Assembly: GCA_963850905.1 (NCBI GenBank)
Contig: CAWKMU010000003.1
Span: 416,001-480,000, forward strand
Origin: an uncultured Gemmatimonadales bacterium
Lineage (GTDB): Bacteria; Gemmatimonadota; Gemmatimonadetes; Gemmatimonadales; Gemmatimonadaceae
DNA: 64,000 bases
Direction: 5' to 3'
Part shown: positions 9,819-18,378 of the stretch, piece after piece
Layout: each line of letters opens with the position of its first letter
Position numbering within the stretch: the first letter of the stretch is position 1
The notes under the pieces: generated by a model
Told to the model about the DNA's origin: nothing
The model's database searches: none
Seen by the model: only the letters and a program-made list of their open reading frames with translations
Position numbers and translations under genes: made by a program

Positions 9819-10988
9819 GTGACCGACGCGCACGCCACCATCACCACCCGAGGCGAGAAACGGGTGACGCGCGGCCATCCGTGGATTTTCCGCAGCGATC
9901 TCGTCCACCCGCCCTCGGCGCCGGCCGGGCCGGTAGCAGTCCGGGACGCGCACGGCCACCCCCTCGGCTGGGCGCTGTGGAGTCCCGAGTCCGTCATCGC
10001 GCTGCGGATGCTCGATCGGGATCCGAGCGCATGCATCGACACCCGCTGGTGGCGACAGCGCCTGGCCGCGGCCATCGCGCGCCGTCGGGGGATCGCGGCC
10101 GAGACGACGGGCTACCGGCTCGTGCACGCCGAGGGCGACAGCGCGCCGTCGCTCATTTGCGATCGATATGATCGCTGGCTCGTTGTGCAGTTGCTGAGCG
10201 CCGGCCTCGAGGCCTGTCGGCCGCATATCGTCGACGCGCTCGCCGACATCGTTCAGCCGGCGGGCATCCTGGCCCGCCACGATGCCGCCGTGCGCCGCAA
10301 GGAAGGACTGACGACGACCGTCGAAGTGCTCCTGGGCGAGGTCCCTCGCGAGATCGAGATCATGGAACATGGGGTGCGATACATCGCGGCCCCCTGGGAC
10401 GGCCAAAAAACCGGTGCCTTCCTCGATCAACGAGAGAACCGCGCGATCGTGGCGACCATCGCGCGCGGCCGCGCGCTGGATTGCTTCAGCTATCACGGCT
10501 CCTTCGCGTTACACCTCGCACGACGCGCCACGCACGTGACCGCGCTCGACAGCTCCGGTCCAGCCCTCGAGCGCGCGCGCGCCAACGCGGCACTCAACGG
10601 CGTCGAGGCGATCAGCTTTGTCGAGACCGACGCGTTTGCGTTCCTGAAGTCGGCTGAACGCGCTCGCGAGCGATATGATACCGTCGTGCTCGATCCACCA
10701 GCGTTCGCCAAGACGCGGGCGGCAGTGCCCGATGCGCTGCGGGGCTACAAAGAGATCAATCTCCGCGCCATGCGCCTGCTGACCCCTGGTGGATGGCTGT
10801 ATACGGCGAGTTGCAGCTTCCACGTGGGACGCAGCATGTTCCTGGAGATGTTGATGGACGCCGCGGCCGACAGCGGCCGCCGGCTCGCCCTCCGACGCGT
10901 GCTTGGGCAGGCAAGCGACCACCCGGAGTTACTCACCGTGCCGGAGACTGGCTACCTGAAGGGTGCGCTGCTGGAGGTCGTGGAGTGA
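9819..10988 (+). CDS. RlmI-like class I SAM-dependent rRNA methyltransferase
   Basis: PUA-like GHPWIF, GQKTGAFLDQRENR, LDCFSYHGSF, VLDPPAF, YLK. Confidence 0.9.
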   Translation: MTDAHATITTRGEKRVTRGHPWIFRSDLVHPPSAPAGPVAVRDAHGHPLGWALWSPESVIALRMLDRDPSACIDTRWWRQRLAAAIARRRGIAAETTGYRLVHAEGDSAPSLICDRYDRWLVVQLLSAGLEACRPHIVDALADIVQPAGILARHDAAVRRKEGLTTTVEVLLGEVPREIEIMEHGVRYIAAPWDGQKTGAFLDQRENRAIVATIARGRALDCFSYHGSFALHLARRATHVTALDSSGPALERARANAALNGVEAISFVETDAFAFLKSAERARERYDTVVLDPPAFAKTRAAVPDALRGYKEINLRAMRLLTPGGWLYTASCSFHVGRSMFLEMLMDAAADSGRRLALRRVLGQASDHPELLTVPETGYLKGALLEVVE

Positions 10989-11079
10989 CTCGCGTCGCCC
11001 GCTGCACCACCCTGCCTTGGGCCGGTGGGGCCGACACATACGTCGCCCGTCGTCGGGCGCACTGCGGGACCGTTCATCC

Positions 11080-12007
11080 ATGACGGCGCCCGATCCGACG
11101 CGTGCGCCGCGAGCGACGCCGGACGCGGTGGCACTTCCCCGGGATTGGGCCAGCCACCAGCCGGCGGTGCGACGAGCGCTCACTGTCGTCCTGATCATTA
11201 ACATCGGCGTCGTCTGCGCCAAGCTCGGCGTCGGATGGGGGACGGGCTCGCTGACTGTGTTGGGTGCAGCGCTCGAATCCGGACTGGATCTGCTCAACTT
11301 GATCATCGGCATGACGCTGGTGTCCATCGCCGCCCGCGCCCCGGACGAGGACCACCCCTACGGGCACGACAAGTTCGAGTCGCTCGGCACACTCGCCATC
11401 GTCGGATTTCTGTCCATTCTCGTGCTTCGAGCTCCTGCGTGAAGCAGTCGGCCAGGTCGTCCACCGCGTCGCACCGCTGCGCCCGTCGCTCGCCGATGTC
11501 GCCGTCTTGGCCGGGACCGCACTCTTGAACGTGGTCATTATCTGGTATGAGAAACGACGCGGTCGCGCCCTCGAAAGTGCCTTCCTCATGGCGGACGCGG
11601 CGCATACCAGCAGCGATTTCTACGTGACGGTACTGGCGGTCACCTCGCTGGTATTGGCCATGCTGGGTCTCGCGAACTTCGACGCGCCGCTCGCCATCCT
11701 TGTCGCGCTCATTATCGCCCGCAATGGCTACGTCATTCTCCGTAGATCGGTCCCCGTGCTCGTTGACCAGCGTGCGGTCGACGCAGCGCGCATTCGCCAG
11801 CTCGTGGGAGACGTGCCGCGCGTCCGAGATGTCCGCGTCGTCCGCTCACGGGCCACACAGTCGGGCCTTCTCTTTGCAGAGGTCACCATCGGGGTCGCCG
11901 CCGGAGCGACCGTCGCCGACGCCCACGCCATCGCCGATGCGGTGGAGGCCCGAATCCGTCAAGCCCTCGGCGCGGCGGAGGTGACCGTGCATGTCGAGCC
12001 CGCCTAA
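11080..12007 (+). CDS. Cation diffusion facilitator transporter (one +1 frameshift near 11419)
   Basis: PDEDHPYGHDKFE, ADAAHTSSD, AHAIADAVE...VHVEP; removing one base joins the two ORFs (GFLSI|SCFELLRE). Confidence 0.85.
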
Positions 12008-12074
12008 CAACTTGCGAATCAAGCGTGATGCTCTACTTTCCTAGCGGGCGATAGCGGACCCCAACCGTCACGCA

Positions 12075-12839
12075 TTGCGAGCGCGCTCACTCAAGCACGA
12101 GTACGAAGACTACGTCGAGCGGGAGATCGAGAACTATAAGGACTCTCTCCCGCGCCACGTCCTCCTGAGCATCGGGGACGAGGCGGTGGCGGCCATGCGT
12201 CAACAGTCGCAATTCGTGCTCACGGAGCTCGTGCTGTGGGAAGAAGTGGACCGCATCATCATGCGCCGCCTGCGAATTCCGACGTACCCGACATGGCGCA
12301 GGCGATGCTTCCGCACCCTGGAGCAGTATCGACAGCCCGAGCACTGGGGCCTGCGCCCCGAAAGCGCGTTGGTGCGATCGATTCAACCGGACGGCGAGGC
12401 GCACGTCCTGGTAACCGGTGGCGCGGCTGAGCGCGCGGCGTTGTACCTCGCGGCGCGCGGCTGCGATGTGACAGCGGTTGGGGAATGCGCAGATGTGCTC
12501 GACCGCGTGATGATCGCGGCGGGTGCCGCGGGACTGACACAGCGCGTTCGAGGGTGCGCGACGGACATCAGCCATTGGACGCCAGACGGGCCGCTCACCG
12601 CCGTCGTCTGCACACCGGCCGCATTCGCCGGCCTCACGCCATTAGAGCGCAAGAATGTGATCGAGTTGCTGCAGCAGGCGACGACCGATGGCGGCGTGCA
12701 TCTCGTCGAGACCATCGTGGCTGGTCAGGAAGCCATGTCGGTGGCCGAGCTCCGCGATCGATATGCGGGCTGGGAGATCAGCATCGAACGCGACGGCACG
12801 CAGTCGCGCTCGTTCCTCGCGCGCAAAGGCGCCGCGTAG
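12075..12839 (+). CDS. Hypothetical protein with C-terminal SAM-methyltransferase-like fold
   Basis: ALYLAARGCDVTAV and TTDGGVHLV resemble TehB-like class I MTase; acidic helical N-terminal domain. Confidence 0.55.
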   Translation: MRARSLKHEYEDYVEREIENYKDSLPRHVLLSIGDEAVAAMRQQSQFVLTELVLWEEVDRIIMRRLRIPTYPTWRRRCFRTLEQYRQPEHWGLRPESALVRSIQPDGEAHVLVTGGAAERAALYLAARGCDVTAVGECADVLDRVMIAAGAAGLTQRVRGCATDISHWTPDGPLTAVVCTPAAFAGLTPLERKNVIELLQQATTDGGVHLVETIVAGQEAMSVAELRDRYAGWEISIERDGTQSRSFLARKGAA

Positions 12840-12867
12840 CAATCAGACACGCCAGCCCCGGCGAATG

Positions 12868-12973
12868 GCGTGTCGAATTGCGACACGCGTGGGGACACCG
12901 TCCGAACGGAAGAATTCCAACCTCTGACCTGCCAACGAGTTGACGCGCGACGTCCTCGTGGCACCAACGATGC
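12868..12973 (+). promoter_or_regulatory. Candidate sigma54 promoter with upstream palindromic enhancer
   Basis: TGGCACCAACGATGC (12959-12973; GG-N10-GC) plus palindrome GCGTGTCG-aattg-CGACACGC (12868-12888). Confidence 0.5.
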
Positions 12974-13037
12974 CTATTAGTGGGCCCGACGGGGCCGCAC
13001 CGGCCTCGCCTCCACCGCAAGCGGAGACTAGCCGATC

Positions 13038-13187
13038 ATGAAGGAGATACGTCAACCAACCGTCGCGGACGAGCCGGTCGGGATCATCATCTCGCGTGGC
13101 ACGCGCGAGGAGGTCTCGCCCCGAGTGGTCGCATACATCTGGGGACCGGTGCCGGTCGAGGACGAATCGACGTCGCGCGCGGCATGA
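13038..13187 (+). CDS. Small hypothetical protein, 49 aa (MKEIRQPTVADEPVGIIISRGTREEVSPRVVAYIWGPVPVEDESTSRAA)
   Basis: GGAG upstream, ATG...TGA, GC-rich third positions, promoter upstream and strong hairpin downstream; below ORF-track cutoff. Confidence 0.55.
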   Translation: MKEIRQPTVADEPVGIIISRGTREEVSPRVVAYIWGPVPVEDESTSRAA

Positions 13188-13215
13188 AATGATGCCCTAG
13201 GCTGTCGGCGACACG

Positions 13216-13269
13216 GACAAACACCGCGGGCCAGTCTCGTACAGTGAGACTGGCCCGCGGTGTTTTGTC
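13216..13269. terminator. Probable bidirectional terminator hairpin between two convergent small ORFs
   Basis: AAACACCGCGGGCCAGTCTC-gtacagt-GAGACTGGCCCGCGGTGTTT, 20-bp perfect stem. Confidence 0.65.
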
Positions 13270-13307
13270 GCATCGACAGCCTGCTTCGACTGTCGACTAC
13301 TCTGTGG

Positions 13308-13400
13308 CTAGCGGCGCCCTTTCTTCTTTGCGCCCTTGCGAGCCGTCTTTCTGCCGCCCTTACGGGCAGACTTCTTTCTGGCACCTTTCTTCGCTGCCAT
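13308..13400 (-). CDS. Lys/Arg-rich microprotein, 30 aa (MAAKKGARKKSARKGGRKTARKGAKKKGRR)
   Basis: GGAG 8 nt before ATG; 16/30 basic residues, none acidic; AAG-rich codons stand out in a high-GC genome. Confidence 0.7.
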   Translation of the reverse strand: MAAKKGARKKSARKGGRKTARKGAKKKGRR

Positions 13401-13905
13401 ACGATCAGCTCCAGTTCTGGAGTGGAGCACCCGTCCGATCCCCCGGTGGATCGGCGGGCGCGGATCCGCACGTCGCGGCGTGAAACCGCAGCGAGCGGAG
13501 CCGATGGTACGCGGCCGCATCGCGGCGCGCGGAGTCGGTGCGCGAACAGCGTTCGCGCATGAAGGCCAAGACAATGGTGCGAGTCGACATCATCTGCTGT
13601 CGACGACCGGTAGCGCGACTTTGTTACCGCGCAATGCGGCGCGGACCGTCTGCCCGCGCATCATGCACGCCCGGATCGTGCTGCCCGGTGCGCCAACTCC
13701 CGACATCAAAGTCGGCTGGCAGCACCGGGGCACGTCGATCGGGCGTGAGATCATGCAATATCGAATCGGCAGGAGAGAGACGTCAGCCGCAACACCCAGC
13801 GAGATGCAGTTGGTGGTGAATCGACCACCCGTTCATTGACCTGCGGCACTGCGTTGGTCGCACAATTCGAGTCGCTGTTCGGCATCACCGTGCACAATGC
13901 TCGTT
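13401..13905 (-). ncRNA. Candidate long structured leader/ncRNA upstream of the basic microprotein
   Basis: Near-continuous chain of hairpins, including an ~80-nt rod at 13666-13747; no convincing ORF; promoter just upstream. Confidence 0.35.
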
Positions 13906-13910
13906 GCGCG

Positions 13911-13939
13911 AATATAGATAGCACCAAAATGCATTGCAA
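13911..13939 (-). promoter_or_regulatory. Sigma70-type promoter
   Basis: Minus strand TTGCAA-17 nt-TATATT in an AT-rich patch. Confidence 0.55.
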
Positions 13940-14142
13940 TACGCAATGTTGGCGCCGTGCAACGACATGAGGCGCGAAACGCGCCAAATGCGCATCCGTT
14001 TGAGCGCTGCGAAACCGCCGCGCGAGGTCGCGCGACCGCCCGCGCACGGCGCCAGCACACGCCCCTCACGTACTGTATCTTCCCCTCGCGCCGACGTCCG
14101 GCGCGTTGGTTGTCGACCCGATACTCCGCCGCTGAGGGGCAT

Positions 14143-15168
14143 GTGCGAGCGCTGGTCAAGCGAGCAGCGGAACCCGGCATGGTACTGACCGAGGTTCCCG
14201 AACCGACGATTCGAGAGGACGAGGTCTTGATCCGTGTCCGCCGCGCCGGCGTGTGCGGCACGGACCTGCACATCTACCAGTGGGATGACTGGGCCCGACG
14301 GCGCGTCAAGCCGCCGATCATCGTCGGGCACGAATTCGCGGGCGACGTCGTGCGCGTCGGCCGACTCGTCACCGACGTGCACGAAGGTGACCGCGTGACG
14401 GCCGAAGGGCACATCGTCGACGGCCGGTGTCTGCTCTGCCGGACGGGCAATTCACACGTGTGCCCCTACACGAAGATCATCGGGGTCGACCGCGACGGGT
14501 GTTTCGCCGACTACATCGCCATGCCGGCGACGAACGTCTGGCACCTCGACGCCGAGACGTCATACGAGGTCGGCGGCATTCACGACCCCATGGGCAACGC
14601 GTTTCATACCGCGCTGACCGCGCAAATCCCTGGGGCGTTCGTGCTGATCACGGGGTGCGGTCCGATCGGGCTGTTCGCCGTCGGCATCTGCAAGGCCGCC
14701 GGCGCGGCGCGCGTCATCGCCTCCGACCCGAACGACACGCGCCTGGCGCTCGCCCGGCGCATGGGGGCCGACGACGCGGTTCATCCGAGCGGCGTCGAGC
14801 GCGTCGTGCGCGACGCCACCGACCAGCTCGGCGCCGATGTGGTGCTCGAGATGTCGGGCGTCCCAGCTGCCGTGCACCAGGCGCTCGCGCTCGTTCGCGT
14901 CGGCGGACGCGTGCAGATGCTCGGCATCCCATCCCGGCCCATCGACATCGATTTCGCGACCGAAGTGATCTTCAAAGGCCTCACGATCTACGGCGTCGTC
15001 GGCCGCCGAATGTACGACACCTGGATCCTCATGAGCCGCTTTCTGCGCGCCGGTCATTTCGACCCAACACCCGTCATCACCCATCGCCTCCCGCTCGAAG
15101 CCGTCGACGAGGCGATGCGGCTGATTACGTCGGGTGAAGCGGGGAAGGTGGTGTTTGAGATTGCATGA
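14143..15168 (+). CDS. tdh: L-threonine 3-dehydrogenase
   Basis: GVCGTDLHIYQWD, GHEF, VTAEGHI, DPMGNA, GCGPIG; adjacent to kbl; GTG start with GAGGGG RBS. Confidence 0.93.
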   Translation: MRALVKRAAEPGMVLTEVPEPTIREDEVLIRVRRAGVCGTDLHIYQWDDWARRRVKPPIIVGHEFAGDVVRVGRLVTDVHEGDRVTAEGHIVDGRCLLCRTGNSHVCPYTKIIGVDRDGCFADYIAMPATNVWHLDAETSYEVGGIHDPMGNAFHTALTAQIPGAFVLITGCGPIGLFAVGICKAAGAARVIASDPNDTRLALARRMGADDAVHPSGVERVVRDATDQLGADVVLEMSGVPAAVHQALALVRVGGRVQMLGIPSRPIDIDFATEVIFKGLTIYGVVGRRMYDTWILMSRFLRAGHFDPTPVITHRLPLEAVDEAMRLITSGEAGKVVFEIA

Positions 15169-15296
15169 ACCGCAGGGGTCAGGGAGGGGTCAGGGGTCAG
15201 GGGTCAGGAACAAACCGCATGCGTGATGCGTCGCAACTCGCTATACGATTTGTTCCCTGATCCCTGACCCCTGATCCCTGACCCCTGCCCTTTGTT
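15168..15296. repeat. Heptamer-arm inverted repeat element
   Basis: (GGGGTCA)n...GAACAAA / TTTGTTC...(TGAYCCC)n between tdh and kbl. Confidence 0.8.
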
Positions 15297-15307
15297 ATCC
15301 TTCCCCC

Positions 15308-16543
15308 ATGACCGCCTCCCACACCACCTCGCCACTCGCCGCGGACCTCGCCACTGAGCTCGAGCAGCTCAAGCGCGACCGCGTGTACAAGCACCTCAAC
15401 TATCTCGACTCGCCTCAGGCCGCCCGCGTGCAGATGGATGGTCGCGGCGAGGTGCTGATCATGTCGTCGAACAACTACCTCGGACTCTGCACCGAACCGA
15501 GCGTCATCGAGGCGGGGATCGGCGGCCTGCGCCGCTATGGCGCGGGCACCGCGAGCGTTCGCTTCATTTGTGGCACCTTCACGGCGCACCGCACCCTGGA
15601 GGCCGCGCTCGCGCGGTTCGTCGGCACGGAAGCGTCGCTGACCTTTCTCTCCGCCTGGAACGCGAACGAGGCCCTCACCCCGACGCTGCTGCGCGAGGGC
15701 GACTTCGTCGCCTCTGACGCGCTCAACCACGCCTCGATCATCGACTCGATCCGCCTCGCCAAGGCGATTACCAAGTGCACCACCGCAGTGTATCGCCACG
15801 GCGATATGGATGATCTCGTGGCGAAACTGGAGGGCGCCCGCGCGGCGCCGCGCAAGCTGATTTGGACGGATGGGATCTTCTCGATGGAGGGCGCCATCGC
15901 GAAGCTCCCCGACATCGTCGACATCGCGCGGCGTTTCGGCGCGACCGTGGTGCTCGATGACTCGCACGCGACGGGCGTGCTCGGCGCCACGGGGCGCGGG
16001 ACCGCGGAGCACTACGGGCTCCTCGGCGAGATCGACATCATCACATCGACCCTGGGGAAAGCGCTGGGTGGTGCGGCCGGCGGCTTCGTGGCAGCTGCGG
16101 CGCCGGTCTGCGACATGCTGACGCAGCGGTCGCGGCCGCAACTGTTCTCCAACGCACTGCCGCCGACCGTCGCGATGAGCGCACTCGCCGCCGTGGAGTA
16201 CATCGAGCAGCACCCAGAGCGCGTCCGCAAGCTGCAAGACAACGCGCGCTACTTCCGCGAACAAATCAGCGAAGCCGGCTTCTCACCGATCCCGGGCGAC
16301 ACGCCAATCGTGCCAATCATCGTCGGCGAAACCGCAACCGCCATCCGCATGAGTGATCTGCTGCTCGAGGAAGGCATCTTTGTCACGGGTTTCGGCTACC
16401 CCGTCGTCCCGCACGGCGTCGCACGCGTCCGCTGCCAGTTGAGCGCCGGCCACTCGCGCGACGACATCGATCAAGCCGTCGCCGCGTTCAAGCGGGTTGC
16501 GAAGAAGGTGGGGTTGAAGCCGGGCGAGAAGCCGGCTGCATAA
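15308..16543 (+). CDS. kbl: Glycine C-acetyltransferase (2-amino-3-ketobutyrate CoA ligase)
   Basis: SNNYLGL, ASVRFICGT, LNHASIID, DDSHATG, STLGKALGG, RPQLFSN. Confidence 0.93.
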   Translation: MTASHTTSPLAADLATELEQLKRDRVYKHLNYLDSPQAARVQMDGRGEVLIMSSNNYLGLCTEPSVIEAGIGGLRRYGAGTASVRFICGTFTAHRTLEAALARFVGTEASLTFLSAWNANEALTPTLLREGDFVASDALNHASIIDSIRLAKAITKCTTAVYRHGDMDDLVAKLEGARAAPRKLIWTDGIFSMEGAIAKLPDIVDIARRFGATVVLDDSHATGVLGATGRGTAEHYGLLGEIDIITSTLGKALGGAAGGFVAAAAPVCDMLTQRSRPQLFSNALPPTVAMSALAAVEYIEQHPERVRKLQDNARYFREQISEAGFSPIPGDTPIVPIIVGETATAIRMSDLLLEEGIFVTGFGYPVVPHGVARVRCQLSAGHSRDDIDQAVAAFKRVAKKVGLKPGEKPAA

Positions 16544-16561
16544 CGCCGGGCCCCGGGGGCG

Positions 16562-16755
16562 GACGGCAAACCGCGGGGTCAGGGGTCAGGGAATGAAAAA
16601 GGGCGACCGCCTACATCGGTCGCCCATCTGATTGTGCAACTAATCTCGCGGTCATTTATCCAACCAATGAAGCCTGGCGACAACGTCGCCGGGCTTCATT
16701 CGTTCCCTGACCCCTGACCCCTGACCCCTGACCCCTGACCCCGCCGTTTGCCGTC
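16562..16755. repeat. Heptamer-arm inverted repeat element enclosing two hairpins
   Basis: ~30-bp terminal inverted repeat GACGGCAAAC.GCGGGGTCAGGGGTCAGGG; right arm has 5 TGACCCC units; internal stems GGGCGACCG/CGGTCGCCC and AATGAAGCC..GGCTTCATT. Confidence 0.8.
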
Positions 16756-16913
16756 TCCTGCCCTTAGCCCAATCTGACCGATTGGCCCCCGCCATACTGC
16801 TGAGCCCGTGACCCGCCGCCGCTGGTCCTCGTCAGAACCCAGGAAACGGCGGGGTTTGGTTGCCCGCCCGACGGGAACTCCGACCCTTTGGCATTCAATA
16901 GAGGTCCAGCGCC

Positions 16914-17627
16914 ATGCGCCCCATTCGAAGCCTGACCACAGGGCTCGCCCTAAGTGTGTTGCTGCCCGTCGCGAGCCAGGCACAACAGGGCCGGCTCTTC
17001 GACAACTCATGGTTCTGGGGGGTCGGCGGTGGCGCCCTCACCTACTGGACCTCGACGACCGCACACGCGGAAGCGCCCTCAGTGAGTCTGGACTGGCTGA
17101 TCACCCGACAGCACTTCGCGTTGCTCGTCGGCTTCGACCAGACCTTCTTCGTCGCGCACAACTTGACGTATGTCGACCAGGGGCGGTTCTACACCGACAC
17201 GACGCTCAGCAATTACTACAACGTTGCCTATTACGCTCAGGCGACCATCCGCAACTCGCGCCACCTCACGGCGAGTTTCCTGGCCTTCCCCGGCCACGGA
17301 CCGATTCGCCCGTACGCCGGGATCGGCGTCAGCATGAACTTCATTCAGGGCGGCGTGACGACATCAGCCGCACCTCCCCTGACCCCGGCCGATCAGTGGT
17401 ACCCGCAATACTACGGCTCGCAGTACCGAGACGAAGCGGCCGACTGGGTGAGCCCAGTCCTTACCGCAGGTCTCCAGCTGCAGCTGAGCCGATTCTCCGT
17501 GTACGGACAGGCGAAGCTCTTCCCGATGTCCGTCAATACGTCGCAACCGTACTTCTTCACCGATCAGGGCTTCGTGATGCTGCAAGCCGGCATCCGCGTC
17601 AACGTCGCGTCGCTGGCGAAGTTGTAA
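16914..17627 (+). CDS. Putative outer-membrane beta-barrel protein
   Basis: Signal peptide ASQA, aromatic-rich alternating strands, RPYAGIGV motif; GAGG RBS. Confidence 0.65.
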   Translation: MRPIRSLTTGLALSVLLPVASQAQQGRLFDNSWFWGVGGGALTYWTSTTAHAEAPSVSLDWLITRQHFALLVGFDQTFFVAHNLTYVDQGRFYTDTTLSNYYNVAYYAQATIRNSRHLTASFLAFPGHGPIRPYAGIGVSMNFIQGGVTTSAAPPLTPADQWYPQYYGSQYRDEAADWVSPVLTAGLQLQLSRFSVYGQAKLFPMSVNTSQPYFFTDQGFVMLQAGIRVNVASLAKL

Positions 17628-17633
17628 GGGGCC

Positions 17634-17732
17634 AGACGCTGGACGCTAGGCGCTAGAGAAAAACCTCGAGGGCCGGCCACGGTGCATCTCGGCTGGCCCT
17701 CGAGGTTTGTTATCCAGCGTCTAGCGTCTAGC
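17634..17732. terminator. Hairpin flanked by inverted GACGCTR/YAGCGTC heptamer arms between convergent genes
   Basis: AAACCTCGAGGGCC...GGCCCTCGAGGTTT stem with three heptamer units on each side. Confidence 0.6.
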
Positions 17733-18378
17733 TGCTCCGCGCACGCGAAACGAACTCGTTGCCCTTCACGAAATACCGCAACATCCCCTCCGTCGCACGC
17801 GTGATCCCCACGCGCCGTGAGACTGCCACATCCGCGTCCGCGAGCTCCCGCCCGCGACGTACCACGAGCGGCGGGCGTTGCAGCGGCAGGCCGCTGAAGT
17901 GACCGTCAATGCCCAGGGCCTCGCAGAGCTTACCGGGGCCGTTCGTGAGGGTGCGGTCGGTCCTGGATAGCACGCTCGCGCTCCCACCCGCCGACCCGCG
18001 CCGAGCGCGCATGAGCGACAGCCCCTCCAGCGGCTCGATGGCGCGCACGAGCACCGCTGCCCCACCATTCCGCCGCCCGCTCACGGCGTTGAAGCACCAA
18101 TGCACGCCGTATATGAAATAGACGTAGGAGGTGCCCGGCGGTCCAAACAGATCGCGCGTCCGATCGGTGAGTCCGACGACCGCGTGGCTCGCAAGGTCTG
18201 TCGGCCCGAGGTACGCCTCCGTCTCCACGATTCGGCCGGCGGCGCGACCGGCGGAACTCTCGCACTCCAGCACAGTGCCGAGCATGGCGCGCGCGACCAG
18301 TTCCGTTTCGCGTGCATAAAACCCGCGCGGCAGCGGCCGACGACTGTCGGCCGCTGCGCCGCGCACCCGCGTCGTCAC
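17728..18378 (-). CDS. DNA-3-methyladenine glycosylase (MPG/AAG family)
   Basis: GRIVETEAY, YVYFIYGVH, AVLVRAIEP, NGPGKLC, RVGIT. Confidence 0.92.
   Translation of the reverse strand: MTTRVRGAAADSRRPLPRGFYARETELVARAMLGTVLECESSAGRAAGRIVETEAYLGPTDLASHAVVGLTDRTRDLFGPPGTSYVYFIYGVHWCFNAVSGRRNGGAAVLVRAIEPLEGLSLMRARRGSAGGSASVLSRTDRTLTNGPGKLCEALGIDGHFSGLPLQRPPLVVRRGRELADADVAVSRRVGITRATEGMLRYFVKGNEFVSRARSS

Noticed and set aside
13336..13839. 167-aa plus-strand ORF (and 13538-13819) as the explanation of the gap
   Set aside because: No RBS or motif, antisense to the better supported microprotein, and composition typical of spurious GC-rich ORFs
16696..17010. ORFs containing RGQGSGVRGQ peptides (also 9642-10496, 15197-16264)
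   Set aside because: Translations of the heptamer arms attached to shadow ORFs
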